DNA from: a virus
Lineage: Duplodnaviria > Caudoviricetes
Reading direction: 5' to 3' (one strand)
DNA: 24,757 bases
IMG/VR virus record: IMGVR_UViG_3300025838_000129
Coordinates: 1-24,757 of that record
The first letter of the stretch is position 1; the number at the start of each line of letters is the position of its first letter. A model generated the notes under the pieces. It made no database searches. It was not told the DNA's origin and saw nothing but the letters and a program-made list of their open reading frames with translations. Position numbers and translations under genes: made by a program. Below, piece after piece: positions 1-8,913 of this stretch.

Positions 1-649
1 ATTCATTTTCTTCTTTATTCATATGTGCTTGTAATCGGTCAATAGCAGAAGTCATGCCACCAGAATTCTTTTCAATGGCATCATGTTTCTTCGTTCTCGC
101 ATCAGCATCAGCACGGAACTTTTTAAGTGTAGTCATCTTATTCAAACGAGCATCTTCTTCACGGTCAATTACTCCCCGTTTGAATTGACCTTCTTGCAAT
201 TCATATTCTTCTTTTAATTTGGCAATATATTCATAATCATCCATGGTCAACATACCTTTATCACGGATATTGATTAATTTCTCAACAACCTTGTGTAAGT
301 CCATATCCGATTTAATATCTTCCCGAGCCAATTCTAATACACGAATCAGTAAAGGAATGTCCATTGTTACAGTATCTTTTTTATCTGTTTCTTCTTGTAC
401 AGATTCAAATTGATGGTCATTCTTCCATTTCATAAATTCAGAAGATTTAGCATGAGAAATTCTTGTATCGGTACTAATAAAACGGGGATTGATACCTCTT
501 GAATTGAGATAGGAATCCAACATAGATTCATTACTACTTTCAGCAATACCTGCTTTGGCAGACCAAGGATCATTAGGGTTTGTACCATACGTAGACGCTG
601 GTGCAGTACCCTTAATGATTGATTTAATTTTTTTTACTATGTTGTTCAT
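1..649 (-). CDS. Hypothetical protein, probable head-internal/virion protein (runs off the window edge)
   Basis: Manual translation from ATG at 649: MNNIVKKIKSIIKG...DKKDTVTMDIPLLIRVLELAREDIKSDMDLHKVVEKL...YELQEG..., open to position 1. Contains IAES, LKEE and LQEG (I/L-x-E) motifs. Not in the ORF track because it is partial. Confidence 0.8.
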   Translation of the reverse strand, partial: MNNIVKKIKSIIKGTAPASTYGTNPNDPWSAKAGIAESSNESMLDSYLNSRGINPRFISTDTRISHAKSSEFMKWKNDHQFESVQEETDKKDTVTMDIPLLIRVLELAREDIKSDMDLHKVVEKLINIRDKGMLTMDDYEYIAKLKEEYELQEGQFKRGVIDREEDARLNKMTTLKKFRADADARTKKHDAIEKNSGGMTSAIDRLQAHMNKEENE

Positions 650-658
650 CTTCTTGCC

Positions 659-2002
659 TTATTTGACAGACATATCTTTTTTAACTTTATTCATAGCATT
701 GCGAGCTAAATCTTTTGCACGGGACATTGGTGTATGAACTGCACCAGATTTGTCTTTAACATTCTTTGGAACATCTGCATAAGGAGGATCAAAAGGTGCA
801 TCGTCTTGGCCAGGTGAAAGTGTTTTGGCTTCGTTAGTTTCTTTTTTACCTGCTAAGAAACGACCAAAGTTTTTAATATCACCTTTCAAAGATGGTTTCT
901 TACCTAAATCTTTTAAGTGTGATTTATCAGCAATGTCTTGGTTCTTTTTAGGTGAACTAGGAATACCATGCTCATCTTCAAAAGATTCATTAACACCAGC
1001 AGCCTTTAGAAACTTGGCATGGTCAAAACGAGGATTTTGTTGTGCAAAAATACTTGCATGGTGGTTTGCTAACTCTTTACGCTTATCAGCATTATCATGA
1101 GTTTTGATTAAATCCGCAACCAACTTAAAGTCTTTGCGTGAAACAGCTTCATCCAATCCTTCAACTTCTTCTTTTAATGTAGCAAGGTGTTTATCTAAAC
1201 TAGAAAATTTATCTGTGCTATCACCTTGAGCTTTAGTTCCTTTGTGATGCCATTCACCATAACGGTTGATAGAAATCTCACCATGTTTTGGGTGTTTCAT
1301 TCCAGCGCCATAAGTGGTTCTATTGAATTCCATGCCGTGTTTCTTAGCAATGTCGCCAAGATTATCACCTTCATTCAATTCAAATTCTTCAGCATGAATA
1401 GAGGCTCTTGCAGGTGTCAATTCTGGAGTAGCAGCTGCAGGTCGTGTAACACCATCACCTTTTAGTTTGACTTTGAATTTTTTGAAATCGTTATCTTTGC
1501 CACCTTCTGAACGACCAGCTAATGTATCAGTAGTAACATCAGAGGTTTCAGCGGCTTCATTTTGTTTTGTTTTAAGGCCTTCAATCAAACGAGCAGCAAA
1601 TGATTCACCGTGCATTTTCTTTTCATGTGCCTCAACTTCTTCATTCTTATAACGAGGTTCTTCTTTTCCTTTAGTAGGAAGTTCAGAATCCATATTAGAG
1701 AAAAATCTTCCAGCGTGAACTTTATAGTTTCTTTTTTGACCAGTATCCTTTACATAAAGACGAGAATCTTTTTCAATATCTTTTTTAGTAGGTTCTTTTA
1801 AAGAATCAACAGATGATTTGGTTTGGTCACGGTGAGCAGCTGCAGAATTACCATAACTACCACCAAGGACTTTGGTTCCTGTTGGTGTTGGAATTTTGAT
1901 ATTACCGGCTTCGTCCAATTGTTGGACTTTTTCAGATTTTTCACTAATGATTAAACTAACTGCATCAATTATTGACTGGCTGATTTTGGATTTTGCAAAC
2001 AT
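659..2002 (-). CDS. Low-complexity virion internal/prohead-core-like protein (447 aa)
   Basis: K/E-rich, modular sequence punctuated by LDEA (x2), LIEG, LNEG, LKEE and VNES, resembling T4 gp21 protease sites (I/L-x-E). Lies in the late operon. Confidence 0.65.
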   Translation of the reverse strand: MFAKSKISQSIIDAVSLIISEKSEKVQQLDEAGNIKIPTPTGTKVLGGSYGNSAAAHRDQTKSSVDSLKEPTKKDIEKDSRLYVKDTGQKRNYKVHAGRFFSNMDSELPTKGKEEPRYKNEEVEAHEKKMHGESFAARLIEGLKTKQNEAAETSDVTTDTLAGRSEGGKDNDFKKFKVKLKGDGVTRPAAATPELTPARASIHAEEFELNEGDNLGDIAKKHGMEFNRTTYGAGMKHPKHGEISINRYGEWHHKGTKAQGDSTDKFSSLDKHLATLKEEVEGLDEAVSRKDFKLVADLIKTHDNADKRKELANHHASIFAQQNPRFDHAKFLKAAGVNESFEDEHGIPSSPKKNQDIADKSHLKDLGKKPSLKGDIKNFGRFLAGKKETNEAKTLSPGQDDAPFDPPYADVPKNVKDKSGAVHTPMSRAKDLARNAMNKVKKDMSVK

Positions 2003-3877
2003 TTATTGTGCTCCCTTTTTCTTTTTCTTTTTTATTTCGATACCGATGTTTCTGTTTTGGTCCTTATAGGTGTCCATGCCTTCTTTATTACTAGCCCCAC
2101 CTAATACACCACCAACCCCCATGTCACAAGCACCTGGATCGTCAATGGCTTCTTTAAATTGTTTTCTAAACTTCTTAAAATCTTTTGGTTTGTCTGTATA
2201 ATCATTACTTAGTGGATTTGGTGACCCACCAGATGGAAACGCTGTACTACTAGGACTTGCATTACTATATTCTTGGTCCTCACTATATGTCTGATTACCT
2301 AGTCCTGCACCACCTGTTAAACCTTGTCCTGAGGTTCTTGTATCGAATTCTGGTCCAACACCTGGTGGATTACCGATACGAGAAGCACTCAATGACCTTT
2401 TTACTTTGCCTTTTTCTTTGTCCTTGGAGAAGTTGCTTTCTTTGGGGACTGGCTTGATTTGGAACTTGGGATTGCTTTCTTCGCTGTAGGTGCGGAAGGT
2501 GTAGGTTTTGTTTCTTTTGGGGGCGTCCCACTTGATATTGTCTGCGTTGGGGTCACCGGCACGATTGTCGGCCGGGATACTGTCGAGACCGTCTGCTTTG
2601 AGGGCTGGGTTGGTTTTGACTTTAAGAAACTTATTAACTTTTTCAACATTTATTTCTTCCTTGAACAATGAAACTATTTTATCGTTTATATTTAACTTAT
2701 TGTGGGTTTCTAACCAAACGGTTGCAACCTCGTTATAAGTTTTATTGTCTATAAACCTGTTGATATTTAGGTAAGTTTCAGTTATATCTTGTTCGATGGC
2801 GTCAACCGTACCTGTATTATCAATATAGACAAAATTGTTAAATGATTCGGAGAAGTGTTCCTTACTCTTTTGTGCCTGTACCCACTTATCATATCTGACG
2901 GATTCGACCATCATTCTAGATAATTTGGTATTTCTTTCTTGACTGGCTTCGTTTGTGGTATTAACAAATACCATCATAGTATAATAACCGAGGTCTTCCA
3001 GTTCTTCTTTGATATGGGAGATACGATTAAAGTCATCGGCCGGACCATTGATGATGAGTGGTCCACGATTCCTTATAGATTCTCTACGGAAATCACTAGT
3101 CTTTTCTGATAGTTTCTGTTTGTCTGCAAGGTACTCAAAGGCCTGCACGGAATTTAATTCTACTGCCTTTGATTCAGCAATGGCTTCACGGATTACAATA
3201 TCTTTACCCGAACCAGGTCCACCCGTTACAAAAATTGCTTTGAACAAACCACGGTCAACAGATTCATGTACACCCATACCTTTACGGACATCATGGTAGA
3301 GTTCTTTTGCATGGTGTTCAGGAACATGGCCAGGAACACCTTTCTTAAATTCTTTATAGTTACCCGTTGAAGCATGGTGCCTCATTTTAGAACCAGACAT
3401 ACCTTCGGTACCTTCAGCATCAGGATCACGATGGCCTGCGGAATGTACAGTAATCTTTTTGAAGTGATACTTACCATGAGAAGATTCTACACCATTATAT
3501 TTGTGTAATATATGATGCATTTCTTTAACTCGGTCAGAACCGACAACCATATGAAGGTGAGTTACACCTTTTTTATGCAATTCAGCAGCATGGTGCAAGA
3601 CCGATGGATGTTCTTTGGAGGAAGATTTGAAAGAAGTTTCTGGTGAATACCTTTTTAAGTGTTTTACTTTTTGTTCACCACTTAATGGATTCTTCTTGGC
3701 ATCTTGTGAATGTGATACCACGACAGAATGAGAAGCATTATGTTTAGCGGCAACATCTTTAACTTTATCTACAAGTTTCAAGTGACCGGATGTAGGAGGA
3801 TTCATGCGACCAAAAGTCATTGCATGATGCTTTTCAGCTTTTGCTTCCTCTCTTAGTAACTCTGAAAATGATTTCAT
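2003..3877 (-). CDS. HIGH-superfamily (cytidylyltransferase/NMNAT-like) nucleotidyltransferase fused to a P-loop kinase-like domain and a disordered tail
   Basis: TFGRMNPPTSGH (HIGH-like), VVGSDR and MSGSKMR in the N-domain. KAIFVTGGPGSGKD Walker A, LIING and MVFVNT...SQERN in the second domain (zeta-toxin/AAA_33-like). N-terminus is MKSFSELLREE. Confidence 0.8.
   Translation of the reverse strand: MKSFSELLREEAKAEKHHAMTFGRMNPPTSGHLKLVDKVKDVAAKHNASHSVVVSHSQDAKKNPLSGEQKVKHLKRYSPETSFKSSSKEHPSVLHHAAELHKKGVTHLHMVVGSDRVKEMHHILHKYNGVESSHGKYHFKKITVHSAGHRDPDAEGTEGMSGSKMRHHASTGNYKEFKKGVPGHVPEHHAKELYHDVRKGMGVHESVDRGLFKAIFVTGGPGSGKDIVIREAIAESKAVELNSVQAFEYLADKQKLSEKTSDFRRESIRNRGPLIINGPADDFNRISHIKEELEDLGYYTMMVFVNTTNEASQERNTKLSRMMVESVRYDKWVQAQKSKEHFSESFNNFVYIDNTGTVDAIEQDITETYLNINRFIDNKTYNEVATVWLETHNKLNINDKIVSLFKEEINVEKVNKFLKVKTNPALKADGLDSIPADNRAGDPNADNIKWDAPKRNKTYTFRTYSEESNPKFQIKPVPKESNFSKDKEKGKVKRSLSASRIGNPPGVGPEFDTRTSGQGLTGGAGLGNQTYSEDQEYSNASPSSTAFPSGGSPNPLSNDYTDKPKDFKKFRKQFKEAIDDPGACDMGVGGVLGGASNKEGMDTYKDQNRNIGIEIKKKKKKGAQ
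2401..2649 (-). CDS. Candidate nested out-of-frame gene: 82-aa P/T/S/K-rich basic protein
   Basis: AAGGAAG lies 6 nt before the ATG. Amphipathic N-terminus MLKKLISFLK. Coincides with a local GC rise and C-ending codons in the host frame. Confidence 0.55.
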   Translation of the reverse strand: MLKKLISFLKSKPTQPSKQTVSTVSRPTIVPVTPTQTISSGTPPKETKPTPSAPTAKKAIPSSKSSQSPKKATSPRTKKKAK

Positions 3878-5064
3878 TTACGGACTTTTAATAGATTCTG
3901 TTTAGCAAACTCAGCACGATTGACAAGTTTAGTTGGTTCATTATCATGGTGTACCACAAAACCTTCAGGTTTAGATTTCTTACCAGCAATGTGGTGTTCA
4001 TATCTACCTTCATGAGTTTCTAAAGATTTAACCAATGCATTTTTTGCTTGGTGTAAATGATGGTGCATTGAAAATAAGTTACCATAATGTTCTTTATTCT
4101 TTTCAACATGAGCAATCTGTTTCTTACCTTCACCAGTTTTTTCAGACTTGGATTTTTCGGTAGAAACCTTTGAAGCCATTTTTTCATGTTGTGAGTGTAG
4201 GTGTTCTTTGAAACCTTTAACACTTGGTACTTGGTCGTGGCGAACAGTATGATTTACATATGTTGATAAATGACCAGTTTCTCCACTATGTTTTGGATGA
4301 ACAGCGTCATACATCTTGTGGCCATGTGTGTCATGAATTTCTTTGGCAGCAGTCATATGCTTCTGAAATGTCTTTTCATTCTCAGCGGAATGTTTTACTT
4401 TACTTGTATCGTGTTCTGCACCGTGAATGTGTACATCCGGATGTTCTTTAAATTTACTCATATCCACATGAGGTGTGGTATGTTTCATATCATCACTATA
4501 TTGCGTATGAACGGCAACACCAACCTTGGAGTGCTTAACCTTTTTGGCCTCATCACCATGAGCAGTATAAGTGATTGTATTTGGAGTAAAGGAAACATCA
4601 CCTTTTGCCTCTACAATGTAACCTTCAGATAATTTTTCACTACCAGCATGATGTAATAAGTCGCCTTGATAAACACCATGTTTTGGTGCCACTTTAGGTA
4701 GATGCTTTAATGCGTGTTTGAGTGCAACGGCTAAACCAGGAGCATGACCATGATTTCTATCAATGTCTTTTTCTGTATGATTAATCTTTGGATTTTTATT
4801 GAAGGCAGATTTTGTTGCAACAAAGAATTTACCATTCTTAGGATGATGGCCAAAAACTAGTGAAGGTGAACCATCATACTTTGTTGTTAGATTAGTGTTG
4901 TTGTGGCCGCCAGTAATATGTGCATGAACTTTAGTTAAAGCAGCGTGTGCGTGTTCAAATCCTGCATGGCCATGCATTAATGGTCTATCTTCTGCATGAT
5001 GAATATGCTTAAGTTCAGAACCTTTTTCGGCTTCTTCCGTTAGGAATGACTTAAATGATAACAT
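3874..5064 (-). CDS. His-rich RNA-ligase-like nucleotidyltransferase (DUF6267-like)
   Basis: Ligase-type motifs: I TKYDGS, III YQGDL, IV PEGFV, V KLV. Start moved to ATG 5064 (MLSFKSFLTEE), which is preceded by AAGGA. Confidence 0.65.
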   Translation of the reverse strand: MLSFKSFLTEEAEKGSELKHIHHAEDRPLMHGHAGFEHAHAALTKVHAHITGGHNNTNLTTKYDGSPSLVFGHHPKNGKFFVATKSAFNKNPKINHTEKDIDRNHGHAPGLAVALKHALKHLPKVAPKHGVYQGDLLHHAGSEKLSEGYIVEAKGDVSFTPNTITYTAHGDEAKKVKHSKVGVAVHTQYSDDMKHTTPHVDMSKFKEHPDVHIHGAEHDTSKVKHSAENEKTFQKHMTAAKEIHDTHGHKMYDAVHPKHSGETGHLSTYVNHTVRHDQVPSVKGFKEHLHSQHEKMASKVSTEKSKSEKTGEGKKQIAHVEKNKEHYGNLFSMHHHLHQAKNALVKSLETHEGRYEHHIAGKKSKPEGFVVHHDNEPTKLVNRAEFAKQNLLKVRK

Positions 5065-5107
5065 GATTTTCCTTTTGATTTGCAACACACTTTGGTTGCC
5101 AGTTGCT

Positions 5108-5115
5108 TATTTATA
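5108..5115 (-). promoter_or_regulatory. T4-type late promoter TATAAATA
   Basis: Exact TATAAATA on the - strand, intergenic, about 45 nt upstream of the ATG at 5064. Confidence 0.8.
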
Positions 5116-5176
5116 CAACATCCATCTTTTCAACCACAAAGATTAGAAAGATTGGGTTAGATACATAGTCGCAGAA

Positions 5177-5815
5177 TTATTGGATTTTTGATGCAATAAC
5201 CGTTAAAATGTTCGGATAATTATCTACTGGTTTCCGAACCTTATCCTCTGCGTTACCAACATAGATTATTTTGTATCCAGATTGGATTAGTAGATTGATT
5301 AGTCCAGCTGAATCGAAATGATGAATATGTTCATTTTCTCTACGATGTTTCCATTTTCTAAACCACTCTGGACCGAGAGATTCATGAAACCAAGGTACCG
5401 AAATGACAAAATGGTTGGCTCGTTTGGACTTTAGAAACTTGACCAGATTGCGTTGGGGTATGTGTTCAATACAATCATAGAATGTCATTACATCAACTTC
5501 TAAACTGTCTGGAACGACTGTCCTTTTAGATCCCAACGGTACAGGATAGTCTGATATGTCATAACCATAAACATCTTTACCATTACTGACACAATGCTTC
5601 ATAAAAGCACCATTACCATAACCATAGTCACAAATACTATCAAAATCACCAATTGTATTTTGAATAAGATTGTATCTTAATTCCGACATGGCATCATTGG
5701 TACCATAGGTGTCGTAGCTGTTTTGAGAATATGAAGCACTATAATCAGGTGATGGACCTGTAAGATTTCTCTGAAACCAATGGCCTGCGGTTAACTGTGA
5801 ATAACCTTCAATCAT
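5177..5815 (-). CDS. Class I SAM-dependent methyltransferase
   Basis: ICDYGYGNG motif I, YGYDIS, FYDCIEHI, ISVP and EHIHHF. Confidence 0.85.
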   Translation of the reverse strand: MIEGYSQLTAGHWFQRNLTGPSPDYSASYSQNSYDTYGTNDAMSELRYNLIQNTIGDFDSICDYGYGNGAFMKHCVSNGKDVYGYDISDYPVPLGSKRTVVPDSLEVDVMTFYDCIEHIPQRNLVKFLKSKRANHFVISVPWFHESLGPEWFRKWKHRRENEHIHHFDSAGLINLLIQSGYKIIYVGNAEDKVRKPVDNYPNILTVIASKIQ

Positions 5816-6348
5816 GCTTTTTCACCAACAACCATAAATGAATTCAATAAATCTCGTTCAGAATAAAATATGTTTTTATATCCTCTATCGGTCATATAAT
5901 CAATGATAGTTTCGGGAACAAAGGAATGAAGATGTTTACGATTATTCCATGGTCTCCAATATTCTTGACTGTAATGTGGTAAATAAAGAAATAATATTCC
6001 CCCATTATGAACTCCAACTGTTCCGTCTTTATTGAGTGTTTGATATGGAATTTTTAATTTTGAAGTCCAATAATCTAAAGCATCAACCCAATTTGGTAAA
6101 TGTTCCAAACAATGGCTTGAGAAAATATAATCTACTTGATTTTCAGGAAGATTATAAGCATCCCATCCATCATTAAACAATAAATCAATTGCTTGAGCAC
6201 CAGGAAATGCCCATTCTAAACGATTACATCCAATATCGTAACCTACACCTTGACAAAATTTCTTTGCAAAAGGAATAGCATATTGTGCTGCATTACCTTC
6301 TCCTTGAATTGCAGGATAAATTTTATTTTTATATTCAATTGTTTTCAT
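5812..6348 (-). CDS. SAM-dependent methyltransferase (Methyltransf_11-like)
   Basis: GYDIGC, DYIFSSHCLEHL and GGILFLYLP. Confidence 0.85.
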   Translation of the reverse strand: MKTIEYKNKIYPAIQGEGNAAQYAIPFAKKFCQGVGYDIGCNRLEWAFPGAQAIDLLFNDGWDAYNLPENQVDYIFSSHCLEHLPNWVDALDYWTSKLKIPYQTLNKDGTVGVHNGGILFLYLPHYSQEYWRPWNNRKHLHSFVPETIIDYMTDRGYKNIFYSERDLLNSFMVVGEKA

Positions 6349-7064
6349 ATTCCATTTTCTTCAAAATCGCCAAGATATAATAATTTAGATTTTCTATTTC
6401 CATAGAAGTGTTTTTGAAATGATGCTTCGATGGGCTTATTGTCCCACATTCTTAAATCATCTGTCCATAAAACCAATTGATCCACATTCATCAAATCGGC
6501 CATTACTGCCGTACCCGTAAATGCCGAAATGAATGGTTTGTTACAATGTTTGATAATGTAAGCATTTTCCATCAAAGGTCTATTATAATCTAAAAAGTGT
6601 ACATTGTCAAGATGTGATAGTGAACCGGACGCTCTTCTACCATCAATAAGTGGGCCAGCCCATCTATCACCCACATATCGTTTATCACCATCTACAGGTA
6701 AATCTAAATCTTCCACTTGTAATACAAAATCATCATCCACTTCAAATAACATACGATAATGGTCATTAACCCAATTCTCATAACGGCAAGTTTCTGTTGG
6801 CCGATTGTTATTCTCTTTATCTTCTCTGGTAATAGAACTCAATGAAATACCTTCATAATTCATAATAATGTATTCATCATCAAATGTAACACTATTGATA
6901 CAATCTTGATATTTAATAAATTCCTTGAATCCATTAAATCGTTTCATTTCACCACGAACCAACAAATCAATTTTTTCATTTGTGTATTTTGATAAACCGG
7001 ATAATACAGGAAATGCGTTTAGGAAATCTCCAATATTAATGGTGTGTCTAATTTCAACTTTCAC
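6345..7064 (-). CDS. Putative GT-B glycosyltransferase (GT9/heptosyltransferase-like)
   Basis: NIGDFLNAFPVLSGL near the N-terminus and FISAFTGTAVMA near the C-terminus resemble GT9 motifs. GTG start at 7064 follows AAGGA; the track start at 7121 overlaps the upstream gene. Confidence 0.5.
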   Translation of the reverse strand: MKVEIRHTINIGDFLNAFPVLSGLSKYTNEKIDLLVRGEMKRFNGFKEFIKYQDCINSVTFDDEYIIMNYEGISLSSITREDKENNNRPTETCRYENWVNDHYRMLFEVDDDFVLQVEDLDLPVDGDKRYVGDRWAGPLIDGRRASGSLSHLDNVHFLDYNRPLMENAYIIKHCNKPFISAFTGTAVMADLMNVDQLVLWTDDLRMWDNKPIEASFQKHFYGNRKSKLLYLGDFEENGI

Positions 7065-7851
7065 TTTGATATTCCTTAAATATAATAAATGGGTCTGATT
7101 CTTTGATTGGATGCAATTCAAACAATTCTGGTTTTTGTAGATAAGACATCAACATCAATGTTTGGTCATCATCAATTAAATTGTTCTTTAATAATTCATT
7201 GACACTATGGTGAATTAATGCTTCTAATGTTGGCCACATTTCTTTACCCGCAACAATCATAGATCCGTGCATATGTACAATATTATTTGCGATAATATCT
7301 AAGATGAAGCTTCCATCATAATCACGAACATTGAAAAAATGGATTTTATCTTTGGTAAAAGGATATTGCCATTTGGTAACATCGTTTGTTGTAGAAGGTT
7401 CACGGCAATAACCAAAATCTAACCAAGCAACCAAATCTGTTGGTACATGGCCTAATTGTATGGCCTTATTTACAAAGGTTGATTTAAGTGCATTGACCAA
7501 TACATAATCAGCATTCCAATATTCAGGATTACGAATTTGTGATGGACTTATTTGTTTTAAATATTCTGGATCTTTTTGTACTTTAGAGATTGAATCCCTC
7601 AGTTCTTGGAAAGAATTAGGAAAATCAACCACAAGAATTTCTGTTGGTCTATCTTGTCTTAGAAATTTAATATCAGCAGCTAACTCTTTAGAGGTAAATA
7701 CAACAATCTTGTTTTCGAGTTTGGCCATGTGGCCAAATCTTTCCAAATAAGTTTCAGTTGTTCGGTGTAGATAGTGTGGTAATCCTTTATCAGGAGTCCA
7801 ATCTCCACGGCCAATGTCGAAGAAGGCAGTTACAATAGTGATATCATTCAT
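7054..7851 (-). CDS. HtrL/YibB-family glycosyltransferase-like protein
   Basis: ITIVTAFFDIGRGDW, NPEYWNADYVLVN, AWLDFGYCR and DDDQTLML are typical of HtrL/YibB. Confidence 0.85.
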   Translation of the reverse strand: MNDITIVTAFFDIGRGDWTPDKGLPHYLHRTTETYLERFGHMAKLENKIVVFTSKELAADIKFLRQDRPTEILVVDFPNSFQELRDSISKVQKDPEYLKQISPSQIRNPEYWNADYVLVNALKSTFVNKAIQLGHVPTDLVAWLDFGYCREPSTTNDVTKWQYPFTKDKIHFFNVRDYDGSFILDIIANNIVHMHGSMIVAGKEMWPTLEALIHHSVNELLKNNLIDDDQTLMLMSYLQKPELFELHPIKESDPFIIFKEYQSES

Positions 7852-7852
7852 A

Positions 7853-8584
7853 TTAATAATAATTTTTAAAGTTGTGAACTAGATTGTATTCAGGTGGAAT
7901 AGTAGATAGGTCGAAAGGAATCTTTGTTGGCCAGATATTATAGAACCTTGGATTCTCCGTTAAATCTTTACCACATAACAGATAAAATACTGTCATATAA
8001 GAATCCATCCACCCAAGAGTGGGATAAAAGTTATCTTGAATCGTATCAATGTGTGTAATCAACCAAGAACGGACACTATCATAGTTTTCTAAAAAGGTGG
8101 AAGTCTTAAAAAAAGAACCACCACCTGTTGTATAGTAATTCTTTTTGGGAACTACACCAGAATAATCAACAATCATATCTACTAGTGCTTGCGGAAAAGC
8201 AGGCACTTGACCTGGATATTGCAATACATGGCCAACCATTTCCCATTCAGGTTCTAAATGAATATCTGATAATATCACAACATCATCTTCCATCATTGTA
8301 AAGAAATCAGTATTCATTTCTTTGACACCTTGGTGTAATCTATCCAACCATTCAATTGCTTTATCTTTACGATAACCAAAAGGTTGCGTTTGTGGACCCA
8401 AAGTCCAATTATGTGGCTGGTAAATGCAATTATATTGTTTGGTCATCGATTCATAACCAGAAACATTGTCGGTAGAAATAACAATCGGTGCATCAGGATA
8501 AAACTTTCTAATACTACGAATCATAAATTCTGTTGCATTAGGATGAGTATTGGCGTGGTCGTAAAATCCGATTGTAGGTTTCAT
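7853..8584 (-). CDS. GT-A fold glycosyltransferase
   Basis: SIRKFYPDAPIVISTD, MMEDDV (DxD-like), GGGSFF and C-terminal LVHNFK. Confidence 0.7.
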   Translation of the reverse strand: MKPTIGFYDHANTHPNATEFMIRSIRKFYPDAPIVISTDNVSGYESMTKQYNCIYQPHNWTLGPQTQPFGYRKDKAIEWLDRLHQGVKEMNTDFFTMMEDDVVILSDIHLEPEWEMVGHVLQYPGQVPAFPQALVDMIVDYSGVVPKKNYYTTGGGSFFKTSTFLENYDSVRSWLITHIDTIQDNFYPTLGWMDSYMTVFYLLCGKDLTENPRFYNIWPTKIPFDLSTIPPEYNLVHNFKNYY

Positions 8585-8586
8585 AA

Positions 8587-8913
8587 TTAAAAATTAGGTT
8601 TTAGATATTGTTGTTTGGGATATAAATCATTTATCATTCTTCGTTTTAAATCTTCGATATAGTTGTCTGATTGATGTTTTTCCAACCAACTGGTGGCAAG
8701 TTCTTTTGTTACATTTTCATATTCTACAAAATTATTCAAATTATCAACCGGAATATGAATAACAAATAATTGTTTTCTTGTTCCTGATGTATCACCTTCA
8801 GTTAAGGTACAACAAAGAAGTGTTCTAATTTCATAGATAACATTTTTCTTACCATCAAGTTCATTGTGAACACCAAATGCATCAATTTCAAAATCAAAAG
8901 TTATATTATCCAT
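8587..8913 (-). CDS. Hypothetical phage protein (108 aa)
   Basis: In-operon ORF with 2-nt/1-nt junctions. The FVEYENVTKELATSW segment looks like a recurring small phage domain. Confidence 0.7.
   Translation of the reverse strand: MDNITFDFEIDAFGVHNELDGKKNVIYEIRTLLCCTLTEGDTSGTRKQLFVIHIPVDNLNNFVEYENVTKELATSWLEKHQSDNYIEDLKRRMINDLYPKQQYLKPNF

Noticed and set aside
2003-3877. Firm call as NMNAT/NadR of an NAD salvage pathway
   Set aside because: No nicotinamide phosphoribosyltransferase or related partner is in the window, and the substrate cannot be inferred from HIGH-like motifs alone.
5065-5088. Upstream extensions in the track for ORFs ending at 3874, 6345, 14394 and 19248
   Set aside because: Better starts with SD sequences exist at 5064, 7064, 14717 and 19559.
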